A stretch of 64,000 nt of DNA from the human T2T-CHM13v2.0 reference genome, Homo sapiens, in assembly GCF_009914755.1 (NCBI RefSeq), contig NC_060927.1; one strand, 5' to 3'. Made by a program: the position numbers and the translations under genes. A model generated the notes under the pieces. That model was not told the origin of the DNA, did not search any database, and worked only from the letters and a program-made list of their open reading frames with translations. This document shows, in pieces, positions 47,170 through 60,989 of this stretch (positions are counted from its first letter, which is position 1; each line of letters opens with the position of its first letter).

Positions 47170-47410
47170 GGGGAGAAGATGTGTAATTATTTCTGCCGAT
47201 TGAATACTCTGACAAAAAAAAAGAGGGAGGAGGGAACAATTTGCCCCGCTTTGCAGGCCGCTGGTATTTCTCTTGCAATGAGCACTGCAGCCCGAGACGC
47301 TGTAATTAGGCTTTGTAATAACAGGCTCGGTCGCTCCCGCGCCCTGTCAGGGAGAAGAATCCATCTTACAGGTAATTGTAGGGTTGGCGGTCTCTGAACG
47401 TCTCTTTCCG
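47170..47410. promoter_or_regulatory. Candidate non-repeat cis-regulatory element (enhancer-like)
   Basis: Unique sequence with retained CpGs, TAATTA (47184, 47303), TAATTG (47373), AACAAT (47235) and TGACA/TGTCA sites. Based on motifs only. Confidence 0.4.
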
Positions 47411-47799
47411 CTAGCCTGGGCCTTTCCTGGGGGTGGCTGGCAGGGCTTTCTGAGTGAACACTGCCTGGGCCGGGGTGCAGGGAGGGGTGGGGGTGGGGAC
47501 AAGTCTGGAGAAGCCTCCCTAAGAGGTGGGATGAGGAACTTCTCTGCCCCACTCCTGGTTATCTTCTGGTCCAAGCCCCCAGCCCCTGCCTGGATCGTTG
47601 CCACAGCCTCTCAATTCACCCTCCTGTGCTCCCACCACCCTCCTATGATCCCTTTTCCTGATGCAGCCAGAATGCATGCAGCTAAACTGGAAGTCACGGC
47701 ACCTTCCTCCTCTGCTCCACACCCTCCATGGCTCCCACCTTCCTCGGAGGCAGAGACAAAACCCTCCCTCAGGCTGCAGGCCCACATCATCTGGCCTGA

Positions 47800-48200
47800 C
47801 CCTCTCTATCTACTTCCCCTGGCTCACTCTGCCTCAGGCCCACGGCGTCCTATTTCCTGAGCACGTGCCCTCTCATCCTCACCTCAGGGCCTTTGCACGG
47901 GCTGCTCCCTCCTCCGGTGGTGCCTCTTCTCCAGATGCTTGCTCCCTCACCTCCTTCAGGTCCTGGTTCGATGCTCCTTTCTCAGGGGCATTCACTCGGG
48001 CCTCCAGCACTTCCTATTTCCCTGTTCTACTTCATTTTTCTTCGTAGTTCTCACCCCTAACTCACCATATATTTTACTCATAACTTTCTTCCCCACAAGG
48101 CTGTCAGCTCCATGAGGTCAGAGGTTTTTCTCTGGCTGGTTCACTGCGGTACCCCCAGTGGTGAAAACAGTGCCTGTCACGTAGTAGGTGCTTAATAAAT
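47800..48200 (+). mobile_element. L2 3' end
   Basis: cctcagggcctttgcacgggctgctccctc...gtcagctccatgaggtcagagg...aacagtgcctgtcacgtagtaggtgcttaataaat. Confidence 0.8.
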
Positions 48201-48959
48201 GACACAACTCACTTCACTCGCAGCACATGCTCCCCTTCTTCACTGAAAGTTCTGGTCACCACCGAGCCTCCATGCAGAGGCACTCTCCTCCAGGAAGCCT
48301 GCCTGGAATCTCCCATGGGGAACACTTGCCTGCTCTCCCCTCAGCCATTATCTGTTCCTGAGCCTGTTGCTGTGGCCTCCTCTGGGGCAGATCCAAGGCC
48401 GAGTGTCCTCTGTATCTCTAGGAACCAGCATACTCTCAATGGAGAGTGTCCCACGGCCAGGCACTGTGCTGTGGGCCCACCTGAATCCTCTCACTTCATC
48501 TCAAAGTAACCCCATGAGAGAGGCATTATTACCATCATCCCCATTTTGCCAAAAACAGAGGCTCTTTTAGCCAGTGGGGTCCAGACTATTTTGATAGCAC
48601 ACGCTTATCAGCAAAAAAAAAATCCAACTTGATATAGATCCCCATGTTCTGCCATCTATTCATTTATAAATTATGTGCTAGTTTTTATTTATATGTATAC
48701 AGTTTATATTTATTTTATCAAATAATATATTAAAACATTGAATAAACATTTATATTTGTAAAAATAGGTGCTAATAGCTATACAAACAATTGCATAAAAC
48801 ATAATATTAAAGAGATGGATAAAGAGAAAGATGTACTTATGTATTCTTCCTTTCCACCATGGATCATGCCCAGCCTCTGGGCCTGCATATCCCATTTTGG
48901 AGCTCAATATGCTGTGGAAAGGTGAAGCAAGGAGTGAGGGCAGGAGTGAATGCGCGTGA

Positions 48960-49180
48960 ACCATGGTGTTTAGGAGCAGAGGCTTTGGAACCAGATTGCT
49001 TTGTTGCCTTCGTCACTTATTAGCTGTGTGTCTTTGGGCATGTTGCTTAACCTCTCTGAGCCACGGCTTTCTCAGTGGGCATGGTAATAGCCTCAACTTC
49101 AGAGGGCTGTGGTGAGGATTAAATGAGATCATTTATATAGGTGCTTGAAACAGGGCCTGGAATCTTGTTAGGTGTTGCTA
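48960..49180 (+). mobile_element. MIR SINE
   Basis: ggctttggaaccaga...cacttattagctgtgtgtctttgggc...ttaacctctctgagcc...tgaggattaaatgagat. Confidence 0.8.
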
Positions 49181-49589
49181 TTGGGAAAATATTTCATCCT
49201 GGAAATAAGGCTGAAAAAAATAGCGGCAGTCAGAAAGGGAAAGACTGAGAATTCAGGAAAGAAAGCTTGTCATCAGTTCCCTGAATTCCTTGTTAATGCT
49301 GATGTGCACCTGGAGTGAAAGCCCTCTTTTCAGTCAGCATGTGACAAGAGTGGGTGGACTAGGTTGTGTGTGACCAGACCAACTTCCCCATCTGCACAAT
49401 GGGAGAGCAGTGCACAGTGGCTGGGCTGGGAGATGTGGATGGCCTAATGGGAGTGAAAGGGCTTTGCTGGCCTGAGGAGGAGGTGGGGGCTCTGGAAGCC
49501 AGAGCTGCAAACCTGAGTGGCTTTTGGTCAAGTATGTTTCTTGTGAGGGCCATAAGTTATTTACCCTTTGTCCAAATTGCTGGCCCTGG

Positions 49590-49712
49590 AGCTGGGTGCA
49601 GTGGTGCATACCTGTAGTCCCAGGAGGAGGCCTCTGAGGCTGAGGCGGGAGGATCCCTTGAGGCTAGGAGTTTGAGGCCAGCCTGGGCAACATAGAGAGA
49701 CTGTCTCAAAAC
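49590..49712 (+). mobile_element. FLAM (free left Alu monomer)
   Basis: A single Alu monomer, gctgggtgcagtggtgcatacctgtagtccc...gcctgggcaacatagagagactgtctcaaaa. Confidence 0.85.
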
Positions 49713-49724
49713 ATTTTCCCCCTG

Positions 49725-49900
49725 ACTAATCTGTGGGCAGGCTACATGAGAATCACCTAGAGGGCTGTTAAACAAAAACAAAACGAATCCCAGGTCCTGT
49801 CCCAGCCCATTGGAATCACAGGAGTTAGGGCTCAGAAATCTTTATTTATAACAAGTTCTCCCAGGAACTCTACAGCATGGCTGATTTGGAAATGGTTGTA
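49725..49900 (+). mobile_element. MER5-like hAT MITE
   Basis: agaatcacctagaggg...ggaatc...gggctcagaaatctttatttataacaagttctcccagg. Confidence 0.65.
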
Positions 49901-50050
49901 TTACATAATTCATATTACCTGCTTTATGATTTTTGAGAGACTAGGAATCTCTCTCTATGAGGGGTTATGGACCAGTGGTCAGGGTTGGACAAGGCTAAAG
50001 TTCAAATTTTATTAGCAGTATGATCTTGGATATTTTATTTCTTGCTCTGA

Positions 50051-50359
<309 letters not shown>

Positions 50360-50959
50360 TCAGCTTCAGTTTTTTCACCTGTAAGATGGGAATAGTAAGA
50401 GCACATATTTTTTCTAGAAAATGAGGTCTGATTCTTCTGGCAGAGGTCTGTGTCGGAAAGGGCTTGATATGTAAGGAGGCACGGTTATTGCTATCATCAT
50501 CATCATCATCGTTAGTAGTTATTATTGTTGTATTACATGTAAAATATTTCTTCCAGGAATTTAAATTCAGAAAAGGTAAGAGCTTAGATGTCACAGAAGA
50601 AAAAGCCCTTTGCCACCAGTTCAGAGCAAAACAGCATGTAAGCCATTTGCTAAACAGGTAGAGAGAACCCTCAAAGCAAAATTGAATCCTTCCTCCACCT
50701 TCGCATGACTGTAACAGTGTCATGTGTTGTGCGCAGGTGTCAAAACCCATTAATTGCCTCCTCTTTGTTTGCAATAAAAGAATGACTACATACACAGAAT
50801 CAAAGGCTGAAAATAAGACAGCCATATATTGAAACACAGACACTATTCTTCAATGCAAACACATTTTTAACTTTTCAGCAAACTTAAAATGGCCTTAGCA
50901 TAATTTGATACTAGCAAAATCATGGATAGATATAGCAACTCTAAAGTATTTAGGGTTTT

Positions 50960-51237
50960 TTAATTATTTTTATTTTTCAGAAATTTTATTTTGTTGATTA
51001 GGAAATATAACATGGTTCCTTCAAATTTTAGGTGGATAAATTATAAAACAATATGCCCTTTGTTTAATTTCTTTTTTTTTGAAGGTTTTTTTATTATTAT
51101 ACTTTAAGTTCTAGGGTACATGTGCACAATGTGCAGGTTTGTTACATATGTATACATGTGCCATGTTGGTGTGCTGCACCCATTAACTCATCATTTACAT
51201 TAGGTATATCTCCTAATGCTATCCCTCCCCCCTCCCC
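50960..51237 (-). mobile_element. Very short L1PA3/4 3' end plus ~110 bp candidate 3' transduction
   Basis: L1 3'UTR at 51086-51237, then unique sequence with a minus-strand AATAAA (50985-50990) and an A-rich tail. TSD-like flanks are agtatttagggtttt (50945-59) and agtatttaggtcttt (51238-52). Confidence 0.7.
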
Positions 51238-51434
51238 AGTATTTAGGTCTTTAATTGCCTAGAGTCCCTCAGTGAAGGAGCCTGGCCTTGGTAACCCCGT
51301 TCCTCCCTCATTAGTCCATTATAAATAATTTTTAATTGGGCGAAAGGGCATCCTGCAGGTCCCTTGATGGGAGCTGTCAATAATAAACTAGGAACACACT
51401 GAAGAAAATGGGAGCCTGGCACTTGGTATCATGA

Positions 51435-51779
<345 letters not shown>

Positions 51780-52534
51780 TCCGAGTGATTTTTAAAATGA
51801 CTTTATGCAAAGCACTCATTGCATCTGTGGTGATCCTGACAGTTTGACTGAAAACATTTCTTAGGCTTTCACGCAAATATGATTGAAACCACATTGTAAA
51901 AGAATACTTTGCCCTTGAAATCTTGTTCTAAGTGTATTTACACTTAGAGTACTTACAATATGAAACACTCAGTGAAAAGGACCTTTAAAAATCAGCCCCA
52001 AATCAGGGCTTTGGCATCCTGGCTTTCTCTGGAGTAATGGGCAGGCTTGGATGATGCAAAAAATTTCTGTGACATCATCAGAGCCCATCAAAATTTTGGC
52101 CCGGGGAATCTGGGATGTGGGAAACACGAGGTTTAAAAGATCCTTTTCATGTAGCTCGTAGGAAGATAATAATATTATTCTTTAGGCGTTGATCCACGAT
52201 TCCAAAAAAGTCCTGTCCACCCTTTCATTCAAATGTCTTGTCCAACAGCTGTTACATCTGAAGCAGTTTGTCTTTTCTAATATTTTCGAAGGCTACTCAA
52301 TGCTTTAGGTCTTCAACATGCTGGAGAAATATACATGCAACCTCTTTGCACCTCAAAGAAATCAAGGCAAGCTACACTCTTCCTGGATGATCTGAAGAGG
52401 AGTTCTAGCTCTGGGACATTCAGGGTGAACTTGGCTGTCCAGTGGCTCATGGGTATAACCTTCATAGCAGTTGTTCTTTGTGCCTTTCAGAAGAATCACA
52501 CAGTGAGCCCACTATGTTGGGATTTGTAATTTCC

Positions 52535-52655
52535 ACCTTCAGAATTTCAGATACAGGAGGTTTGGAGTGGGGCCCTGAAATCTGCAGCTTATCCCAAGTC
52601 TCCTAGTGATTCTTAGGCAGGAGGCCCGCAAACCACACTTTGGGAAACAGCTATT
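52535..52655 (+). mobile_element. MER5A-like hAT MITE fragment
   Basis: ggagtggggccctgaaatctgcagctt...tagtgattct...accacactttgggaaac. Confidence 0.7.
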
Positions 52656-53109
52656 TGCCAACTCCTGTCTATATTTCCTTCAGTACTGGGTGCGTTTAGC
52701 CCATTAAAGGTCTGGGGGAGGGGTCTTTAATATACTGCACCACTGACAGGATGATTGATTACTCTGTGGGTCACTGGAATAGAGATGCACACAAACATTT
52801 GTGGAATGTCACCAATGGTATTTTCAAGAAGGCCCATCAGAAATGAAAATATGTGCAGTACTGTGATAATACCATTGCCGGATTTTAACGAAAACTCAGG
52901 CATCACTATTTTAATTACGAGAGTTTTAGAACACTTTCTCATATCTGATAAGGCAAGCCTTTAATCTTCTTCAGGTATGTCCTGTCCTGTTTCTTCTTGT
53001 CATATGTATATGTATATGTGTGTACATATATGTGTATTTTTATATATGTAAATGCTATATAAAAATATATATAAATAAAATTTTATATATGTAAATACAT
53101 ATATATGTA

Positions 53110-55340
53110 TTTTTGGTATTTATCCTTTTTAAAAAAATTGAGAGATATTATACAACTCAGGGGCTTTTAGCATATTCACAAGATCGTGTTAGCATTACCG
53201 CAACCAGAACATTGTCATCCCGAAAAGAAACCCTGTCCCTATTAGCAACACTCTCCATTGCTCCAAGCAACCATACATCTACATTCTGCCTCTATGGATT
53301 TGCCTATCCTGGACATTTCACATAAATGGAATCATGTAATACATGGCCCCTGTGTCAGGCTTCTTTCATTCAGCATCATGTTTTCAAGGTTCTTCCTGGT
53401 CACAGCATGTGCCATACTTCATTCCTTTTCATGTCTGCATAATATTCCAGCGTGTGGATAGACCACATTTTGTTCACCCATTAATCAGTTGATGCACATT
53501 TGGCTTGTTCCCACCTTTTGGCTATTGTGAATAGTGCTGTTATGAACATCTATGTACAAGTTTTTATGTGAATATATGTTTTCATGTCTCCTGAGTATAC
53601 ACCTAGGAGTGGAATTGCTGGGTCATATGACAACTCTAATGTTTAACTTTTGAAGAGCTGTCATATTGTTGTTCATAGCTGTCACACCATTTTACATGGC
53701 CACAAGGAATATATGAAGGTTCTAATTTCTCTACACTCTTGCCAGCACTTGCTATTGTTTGTCTTTTTTATTGCAGTCATCCTAGTGGGTGTGAATGGTA
53801 TCTCATTATGGTTTTGATTTGCATTTTTCTTATGACTAATGATGTTGAGTATCTTGCTATGTGTTTTTGACCATTTGTCTTATTTGGAGAAATGTCTATT
53901 CAAATTGTTTGCACATTTAAAATTAGACTATTTGTCTTTTTATTGTTGAATTGTAAAAGTTCTTTATTTATTTATTCTGAATACAAGACCCTTATCAGAT
54001 ATGTGATTTACAAATATTTTCTCCCATTCTGTGGGCTGTCTTTTTCACTTTTTTTCTTTCCTTCTTTTTTGGGGTGGGGGAAATGAGGCCTTGCTCTATT
54101 GCCCAGGCTGGCCTTGAACTTCTGGGTCCATGTGACCTTCCCACCTCAGCCTCCCAAGTAGCTGGAACTGCAGATGTTCCAAGTAGCTGGAACTGCAGCT
54201 GTGCCTGGCTGCACTTTTAAAATGGTATCCATTGAAGCATAAAAGTTTTAAATTTTGATGAAATCTAATGTATCTATTTTTTCTTTGGTTACTTGTGCTT
54301 TAGGTGTCACATATAAGAAACTGTCACCTAACTCAAGATTGCCAGAATTTACTCCTATGTTTTATTCTCAGGGTTTTAGAGTTTCAGCTCTTACATTTAG
54401 GAATTTGACCCATTCTGAGTTAATTTTTGTATATGGTGTGAGGTAGGGGTCTAAATTTATTCTTTTGCATGTGGATTTGCAGTTGCCCCAGGACTATTTA
54501 TTGAAAAAACTATTCTTTCTCCTTTGAATTATCTTGACATCCATGCTAAATATCAATTGATCATAGACGCATGGATTTACTTCTGGGCTTTTAACTTTTT
54601 CCCATTTATCTATGTATCGTTCTTATGCCAGTACCACACTATCTTGATTACTGTAGCTTTACAGTAAGTTTTGAAATTGGAAAGTGTGAATTCTTCAACT
54701 TCGTTATTTTTCAAGATTATTTTGGGTCCCTTACATTTATTTGGGTTCCTTACATTTCCATATAAATTTTGGGATCACCTGGTCAATTTATGCAAAAAAG
54801 GAAGTTAGAGTTTTTATGGAATTGTGTTGTATCTGTATGTCAGTTTGAGGATTATTTCCATCTCAACAGTATTAAGTCTTTTGATAGATGAACATGGGAT
54901 GTTTTCATTTTTTTATTTAAGTTTTAGGGTACATGTGCACAACATGCAGGTTTGTTACATATGTATACATGTGCCATGTTGGTGTGCTGCACCCATTAAC
55001 TCTTCATTTAACATTAGGTATATCTTCTAATGCTATCCCTTCCCCCTCCCCCCACCCCACAACAGGCCCCGGTGTGTGATGTTCCCCTTCCTGTGTCCAT
55101 AACATGGGATGTTTTATGTTAATTTAGGTTTTCAGTATCAACACTGTTTTATAGTTTTCAGTGTACAAGTCTTGTACTTTTTTTTATTAAGTGTATTCCT
55201 AAGTATTTTATTCTTTTTGATATTATTAAAAACAGACTTGTTATCATATTTTCATTTTTGGATTATTCATTGCTAGTTATAAAAACATAACTGGTTTTTG
55301 TATATTGATCTTGTTTCTTACAATTTTGTTTAACTTGTTT
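53110..55340 (-). mobile_element. L1MB-like 3' portion (contains a FLAM at ~54070-54210 and a young L1PA fragment)
   Basis: L1MB-type 3'UTR (aaaagaaaccctgtccctattagc...tctatggatttgcctatcctggacatttcacataaatggaatcat) continuing into antisense ORF2. Confidence 0.8.
54906..55100 (-). mobile_element. Short young L1PA (L1PA3-like) 3' end
   Basis: ttaagttttagggtacatgtgcacaac...ccccttcctgtgtccat, with a perfect 15 bp TSD aacatgggatgtttt at 54891-54905 and 55101-55115. Confidence 0.92.
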
Positions 55341-55664
55341 ATTAGCTCTATTTTTTGTGGGCCAAATAATATTTTGAATCAGCTTGCTAAGGTCCCCAAA
55401 TAAATCTGTTGGGATTTAATTGGAATTGTATTGGATCTATAGACAGTTTGTGGTTAAATTGACATCTTTGCAATATTATATATCCCTATTTATGGTCATA
55501 AAATATCTCTCCATTTATTTAGGTCATCTTTAATATCTTTTAGCAACATTTTAATTTTCTGCATACAAGTGTTGCACATAGAAATTTTTTCTTAGATTTA
55601 TTCCTCGGGAGTTTGTATTTTTTCTACACATTTACAAATGTGTCTTAAAAGGCAACTTTTAAAA

Positions 55665-56335
55665 AACCATTTAGCTTCAGGGGTGCATGTGCAGGTTTGT
55701 CATATAGTGTCATACAGTTACGTGTCACAGGGTTTTGGTGTATATATTATTTCGTCACCAGGTAATAGGCATAGTAGCCCATAGGTAGTTTTTCAATACT
55801 CTCCTTCCTCCCACCTTCCACCCTCAAGTAAGCCCCACTGTTATTGCTCCCTTATTTCTGTCCATGTGTACTCAATGTTTAGCTCCTACTTATAAGTAAG
55901 AACATTTGGTATTTGGTTTTCTGTTCCTACATTAGTTCAATTGTGGTAATGGCCTCCAACTCCATCCATGTCCCTGCAAAGGACATGATCTCATTCTTTG
56001 TCATGGCTTCATGGTATTCCATGGTGTATATATAACACATTTTCTTTATCCAGTCTACCACTGATGGGCATTTAGGTTGATTCCACATCTTTGCTATTGT
56101 GAATAGTGCTGCGATAAACATATGTGTGTATGTGTCTTTATGGTAGAATAATTTATATTCCTTTGGGTACATACCCATTGACAGGATTGCTGGGTTGAAT
56201 GGTAGTTCTGTTTTAAGTTCTTTGAGAAATCACCAACTGTTTTCTACAATGGCTGAACTAATTTATATTCCCACCAGCAGTGTATCAGTGTTCCCTTTTC
56301 TCTGAAACCTTGCCAGTATCTGTTATTTTTTTGAA
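55665..56335 (-). mobile_element. 5'-truncated L1 (L1PA15/16-like)
   Basis: The minus ORF 55927-56178 (THMFIAALFTIAKMWNQPKCPS...EIMSFAGTWMELE) is the ORF2 C-terminus, followed by the 3'UTR. Confidence 0.88.
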
Positions 56336-57482
56336 AAAGGTAATGTTTTGAAATGTTTTTTGTTGGTATATAAAATACAATTGCCTTTTTCGTATTGATC
56401 TTATAGTTAGTAACCTTGCTAAGCTTTTACATTATGTTTAGTAATTTATCTATAGACTCTTTGAGTTACGAAGAGTCCAGGATTAAGATTAATCAGATTC
56501 TGTGTATTTGAGAATAGGACAAAGGGAAAGAACAAAACTGATGTCAATTTAAGTAAAATATTATTTGTTTCCTGATGGCATCACACTGAACTTAAACACA
56601 GTAAGCCATGCAATAGCATGGTCTATGCTATTAAAACCTTCATCTCTATTGGTTCTTTTATTGATCATGGGCTTGGATGTAATTCAAGAGGTGCAGAAGC
56701 TTATCCTCATCATGGGTGGAAGCAGAGTCTACAGAGGGCAGAACAGGAAGAGCAGAATTGGCCCTGAATTTCTCCTAGTAAAAGTTGAGGGGGGCAGTTA
56801 ATGGAGTTAGACAGGAATTGTCATGGCACCATGCAATGGAGGATTCATTTTGTGTTTGCACTCAAGCAGGAAGAGACTACTCCTCAAAGCCACTGAACAA
56901 ACCTATTTTCTGGTACAGAGATTTCGGGGGCCACAGTCCACAGGCATGGGTGAGTCTGAGTGAGAAGACAGAAGACATAATCCTCCACTCACCAAGCCAA
57001 GACCTAGAGCACCCTGAATTTGGAATTAAGGCCTGAATTGAGGAAGTAGGTAGGGCTATTGCCTTGCATAACTCAATCTGGATACACAATCCACATTGCA
57101 TTCTAGAATTACCATTTAATGGGCACTTACTCTGACCCAGTCCTGTTCCAAGTCTTTTACTCCAAGGGCTTATCTCATCCTGCCCACATCCTTACTATTC
57201 TATTATATTATCCCTGTTTGTGTGATGAGGAAACTGAAGCTTGGAGGAATAAAAGGGCAGGTTTAAAGTCACCATCTAGTAAGCAGCAGAGCAGGGGCAG
57301 ATTCTAGAACCCTGGCTCTCAATGGCTGTACTATATGACTTCCCAGCCAGGAATAGAGAATATGAAACAGAGAAAGCCCCAGGGAGAAAGAAAGAGAGGG
57401 GCTCTGTCTGGATTTCCCCTGAATTTCCAGGTCTTAGCTCCTTTCACTTCTCAACCATTCTAATAAATCACTTGAAATTGCT

Positions 57483-57710
57483 TTTTCTTTTTTGAGACAA
57501 GGTCTTGCTCTGTCACCTAGGCTGGAGTGCAGTGAGGTGATGACAGCTCACTGCACTCTTGAACTGCTGGGCTGCTGAAGCAGTTCTCCCACATTAGCCT
57601 CTCAAGTAGCTAGGACTACAGGCGTGCAACACCATGCCTGGCTAATTTTTTAATGTTAATTTTTGTAGCAATGGGGATCTCGCTATGTTGCCCAGGCTGC
57701 TCTCAAGTCC
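57483..57710 (-). mobile_element. Truncated AluJ
   Basis: gagacaaggtcttgctctgtcacctaggctggagtgcagt...ctcgctatgttgcccaggctg. Confidence 0.85.
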
Positions 57711-57805
57711 TTTCTTGTCCATCCCTCTTCATGATGCTGTCTCCTCCATCTGAAAAGTCTCGCCACATTTCTCTTGCTGAAAAACCTGCTTCAAAATCTG
57801 GTGTA

Positions 57806-59140
57806 CCATGGAACAGAATACAGAGCCCAGAAATAATGCCGCACACCTACAACCACCTTATCTTCTACAAAGGTGACAAAACCAAACAATGGGGGAAAGG
57901 ACTCCCTATTCAATAAATTGTGCTGGGAGAACTGGTTAGCCACATGCAGAAGATTGAAACTGGACCTCTTCGTTATACCATACACAAAAATCAACTCAGA
58001 TGGATTAAAGACTAAACGTAAAACTGAAAACCATAAAAACCCTGGAAGATAACCTAGGAAATACTACTCCAGACATAGGCGGTAGCAAAGATTTCATGAC
58101 AAAGATGCCAAAAGCACTTGCGACAAAAACCAAAATGGACAATTGGGACCTAATTAAACTAAAGAGCTTCTGCACAGCAAAAGTAATTATCAACAGAGTA
58201 AATAGACAACTTACAGAATAGGAGGAAATATTTGCAAATTATGTATCCAACAAAGGTCTAATACCCAGAATCTATAAGAAACTTAAACAAATTAACAAGA
58301 AAATAATGAACAACCCCATTAAAAAGTGGGCAAAGGACATGAACAGACACTTTTCAAAAGAAGGTATACACGTGGCCAACAAACGTATGAAAAAAATGCT
58401 AAACATCACTAATCATCAGAGAAATGCAAATCATAATCACAATAAGATTCCATCTCATACCAGTCAGAATGACTATCACTAAAAAGTAAAAAAATAACAG
58501 ATGCTGGTGAGGTTGCAGAGAAAAGAGAATGTTTATATATTGCTGGTGGAAATGTAAATTAGTTCAGCCGTTGTGGAAAGTGGTGTGATGATTTCTTAAA
58601 GAACTCAAAACAGAATTACCATTCACTGGGTATATGCCCAAAAGAATAGAAATCATTCTACCATAAAGACACATGTACTTGTGTGTTCATTGCAGCACTA
58701 TTCACAAGAGTAAAGACATGGAATCAGCCTAAATGCCCATCAACAGATAAAGAAATTGTGGTTCATATACACCATGGAATAGTACACAGTCATAAAAAGG
58801 AATGAGATTATGTCCTTTGCAGCAATATGGATGGAGCTGGAGGCCATCATCCTAAACAAACTAACACGAAAACAGAAAACCAAATACCAATTGTTTTCAC
58901 TTATAAGTGCGAGCTAAACGTTGAGTACAGATAGACAAAAAGAAGGGAACAATAGATACTGGGGCCTATATGAAGGTGGAAGGCGGGAGGAGGGAGAGGA
59001 TTAAAAAAACCTATCTATTGAGTACTATGCTTATTACCTGGGTGATGAAATAATTTGTACCCAAAACCCCCACAACACAAAACACCTATGTAACAAACCT
59101 GCACATGTACCCCTTAACCTAAAATAAAAGTTAAAAAAAA
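57806..59140 (+). mobile_element. 5'-truncated L1 (L1PA15/16-like), sense orientation
   Basis: ORF2 3' region through aacctaaaataaaagttaaaaaaaa. TSD tctggtgta at 57797-57805 and 59142-59150. Confidence 0.9.
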
Positions 59141-59147
59141 GTCTGGT

Positions 59148-59790
59148 GTATTCCATTGAGTCTAAAACATCACTGATTGTAAGATGCACCTTTATTATAT
59201 ACACATCTGAGGAAAAAACATTCTGCCACTTGAACTTTGATGCAATGATTTCTTTTGAAAGCATTGGCGTAATGCTTATCTTAAAAATTCACTTGGAATT
59301 CTTATTTCATTTAAGAGCTCTTCTGTACATAGGTTTTTTCATTCATCCCTCTGGTGCGTAAAAAGAAAGAGAGTAATACATTGGTTAGGTTAGTCCTAAA
59401 GCTTTTTTACACTCAGAGTCTGAGTGTTTTGAATAATTTTTGACTCAGTCGTTGATGTCTGGTTTTCTATATAGTATTGTCTGTGTCATCAAGGTCATTG
59501 ATGCTGCAGCATTTCTAAAAACTTCTGACACCCATTCTGCATGTTCCTGTGCTGGTGTTTTCTTGCTTGGTGTGTGGTGGTCAACCAACTCACATGGTTC
59601 AGTAACAGAAGGTGACAGAGCTTTGTCTGTTTGTGGAGATCTTCCCCGCTGGGGCCTGGTAAAGTACTTGGTGGTCACTCTTCAAGAAAATATGATGATT
59701 CCTCCTATGGAAACATTTGCTTCACTAATGTTGCCTTTATACTCTATTTCCAGAGGCAGTTGACAGCCGCACTCCACATATACCTGGTGA
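59148..59790 (-). mobile_element. Ancient Tigger/pogo-family deletion derivative (Tigger13-like)
   Basis: TIR-like gtattccattgagtctaaaacatcactgattgtaagatgcacc. Minus-strand peptide HHTPSKKTPAQEHAEWVSEVF resembles the pogo transposase C-terminus. Confidence 0.55.
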
Positions 59791-60989
59791 TGAGGATGGT
59801 GAGCTGCTGAGGTTCCTTCTCAGAGATGTTAGAGAAAAACAGGTGCATGGCAGAATTAACAAAATACACTATCAGATGCTGCCTGCTGCCAGGAGGTGCC
59901 TGTGCTGGCTGGCATTCTGTTGTCTTGTGGCTGTGTGTTTACCTGATGAGCCCTCTGAAGATGGTGAGCTCCTGTGGGCAGGTGATATGGCCCATTTTTC
60001 TGGTACCCCCAGGGCCTGGCCCAGGGAAGTGTTTTGGGGCAAATAGATGAATTGAGTTAGACACACAGTAGCTGAGGGCAGAGATGGTGTAGAAAGATTC
60101 CAGAAAACACTACAAAGCAGATGTGAGAACTCAAATCACAGAAGTCTGGGGCCAGGTTGTGTAGGGTCAACATGCCCACTTTGCCTGAAATAGACTCTGA
60201 AAGTGTCACAGCTTTCCAGCACAGAAAACGGTTGGTAATGATATAAAGGCAGACCTGAGAGGCTCCTAAGAGATCTTGTCCAACCCTCACCAGATAATTT
60301 ATGGAGGATCCAAGATTCAAACGTAAGTGGGCCTGGCTCCAACCATGGTGCCACTGTTCGCCACCTGTGGCCAAGCAGGGCTGCCTTGGGTAGCACCCAG
60401 CTCCCTGACACTTGAGGTTTACAGGTAGTGGCAGGAAACTTGGAAACTGGACCCAGTTCCACCTTTGGCAGTAGACAAAGGAGGCTATGAGATGTCCAGC
60501 ATTTGGAAGTCTTACCAAATAAGTTTAGCCCAGCTTGAATGTTTTATGGATGAGAAAATGGGCTCAAATATCACCTCCTTTAGGAAGCCTCTCCTTCCTC
60601 TTCCAAACACCCTTCAGTGCCCCAGGCCATTTGCCACTCGGTTGGTGGTTTGCCTGTTCCTCTGCCATAGTGTACCAGCCATTCATGTCTGAATTTCTCT
60701 CCCTGACTATATAATAAACTTCAATAAAGACCCCATCTCCTTAGAGTGGCCACATGATCTGGTGGAGGGAGGGTTGACTTTGAACCACTTATACAGCTGT
60801 GTAATATTGGGAAAGTTACCCATAGTATCCATGCCTCAGTTTCTCCCATCTGTAAAATGGGGACTAAATGAGTGGACTAAATGAGATTAATAGTGGGAAA
60901 ATGCCCCAAAGAGTGCAGGCGTTATGAACTGAGTTCTCAGTAAATGTGAGGTTTGAGTCATCATCACCCTCATCATCTAGGCTTTCTCC

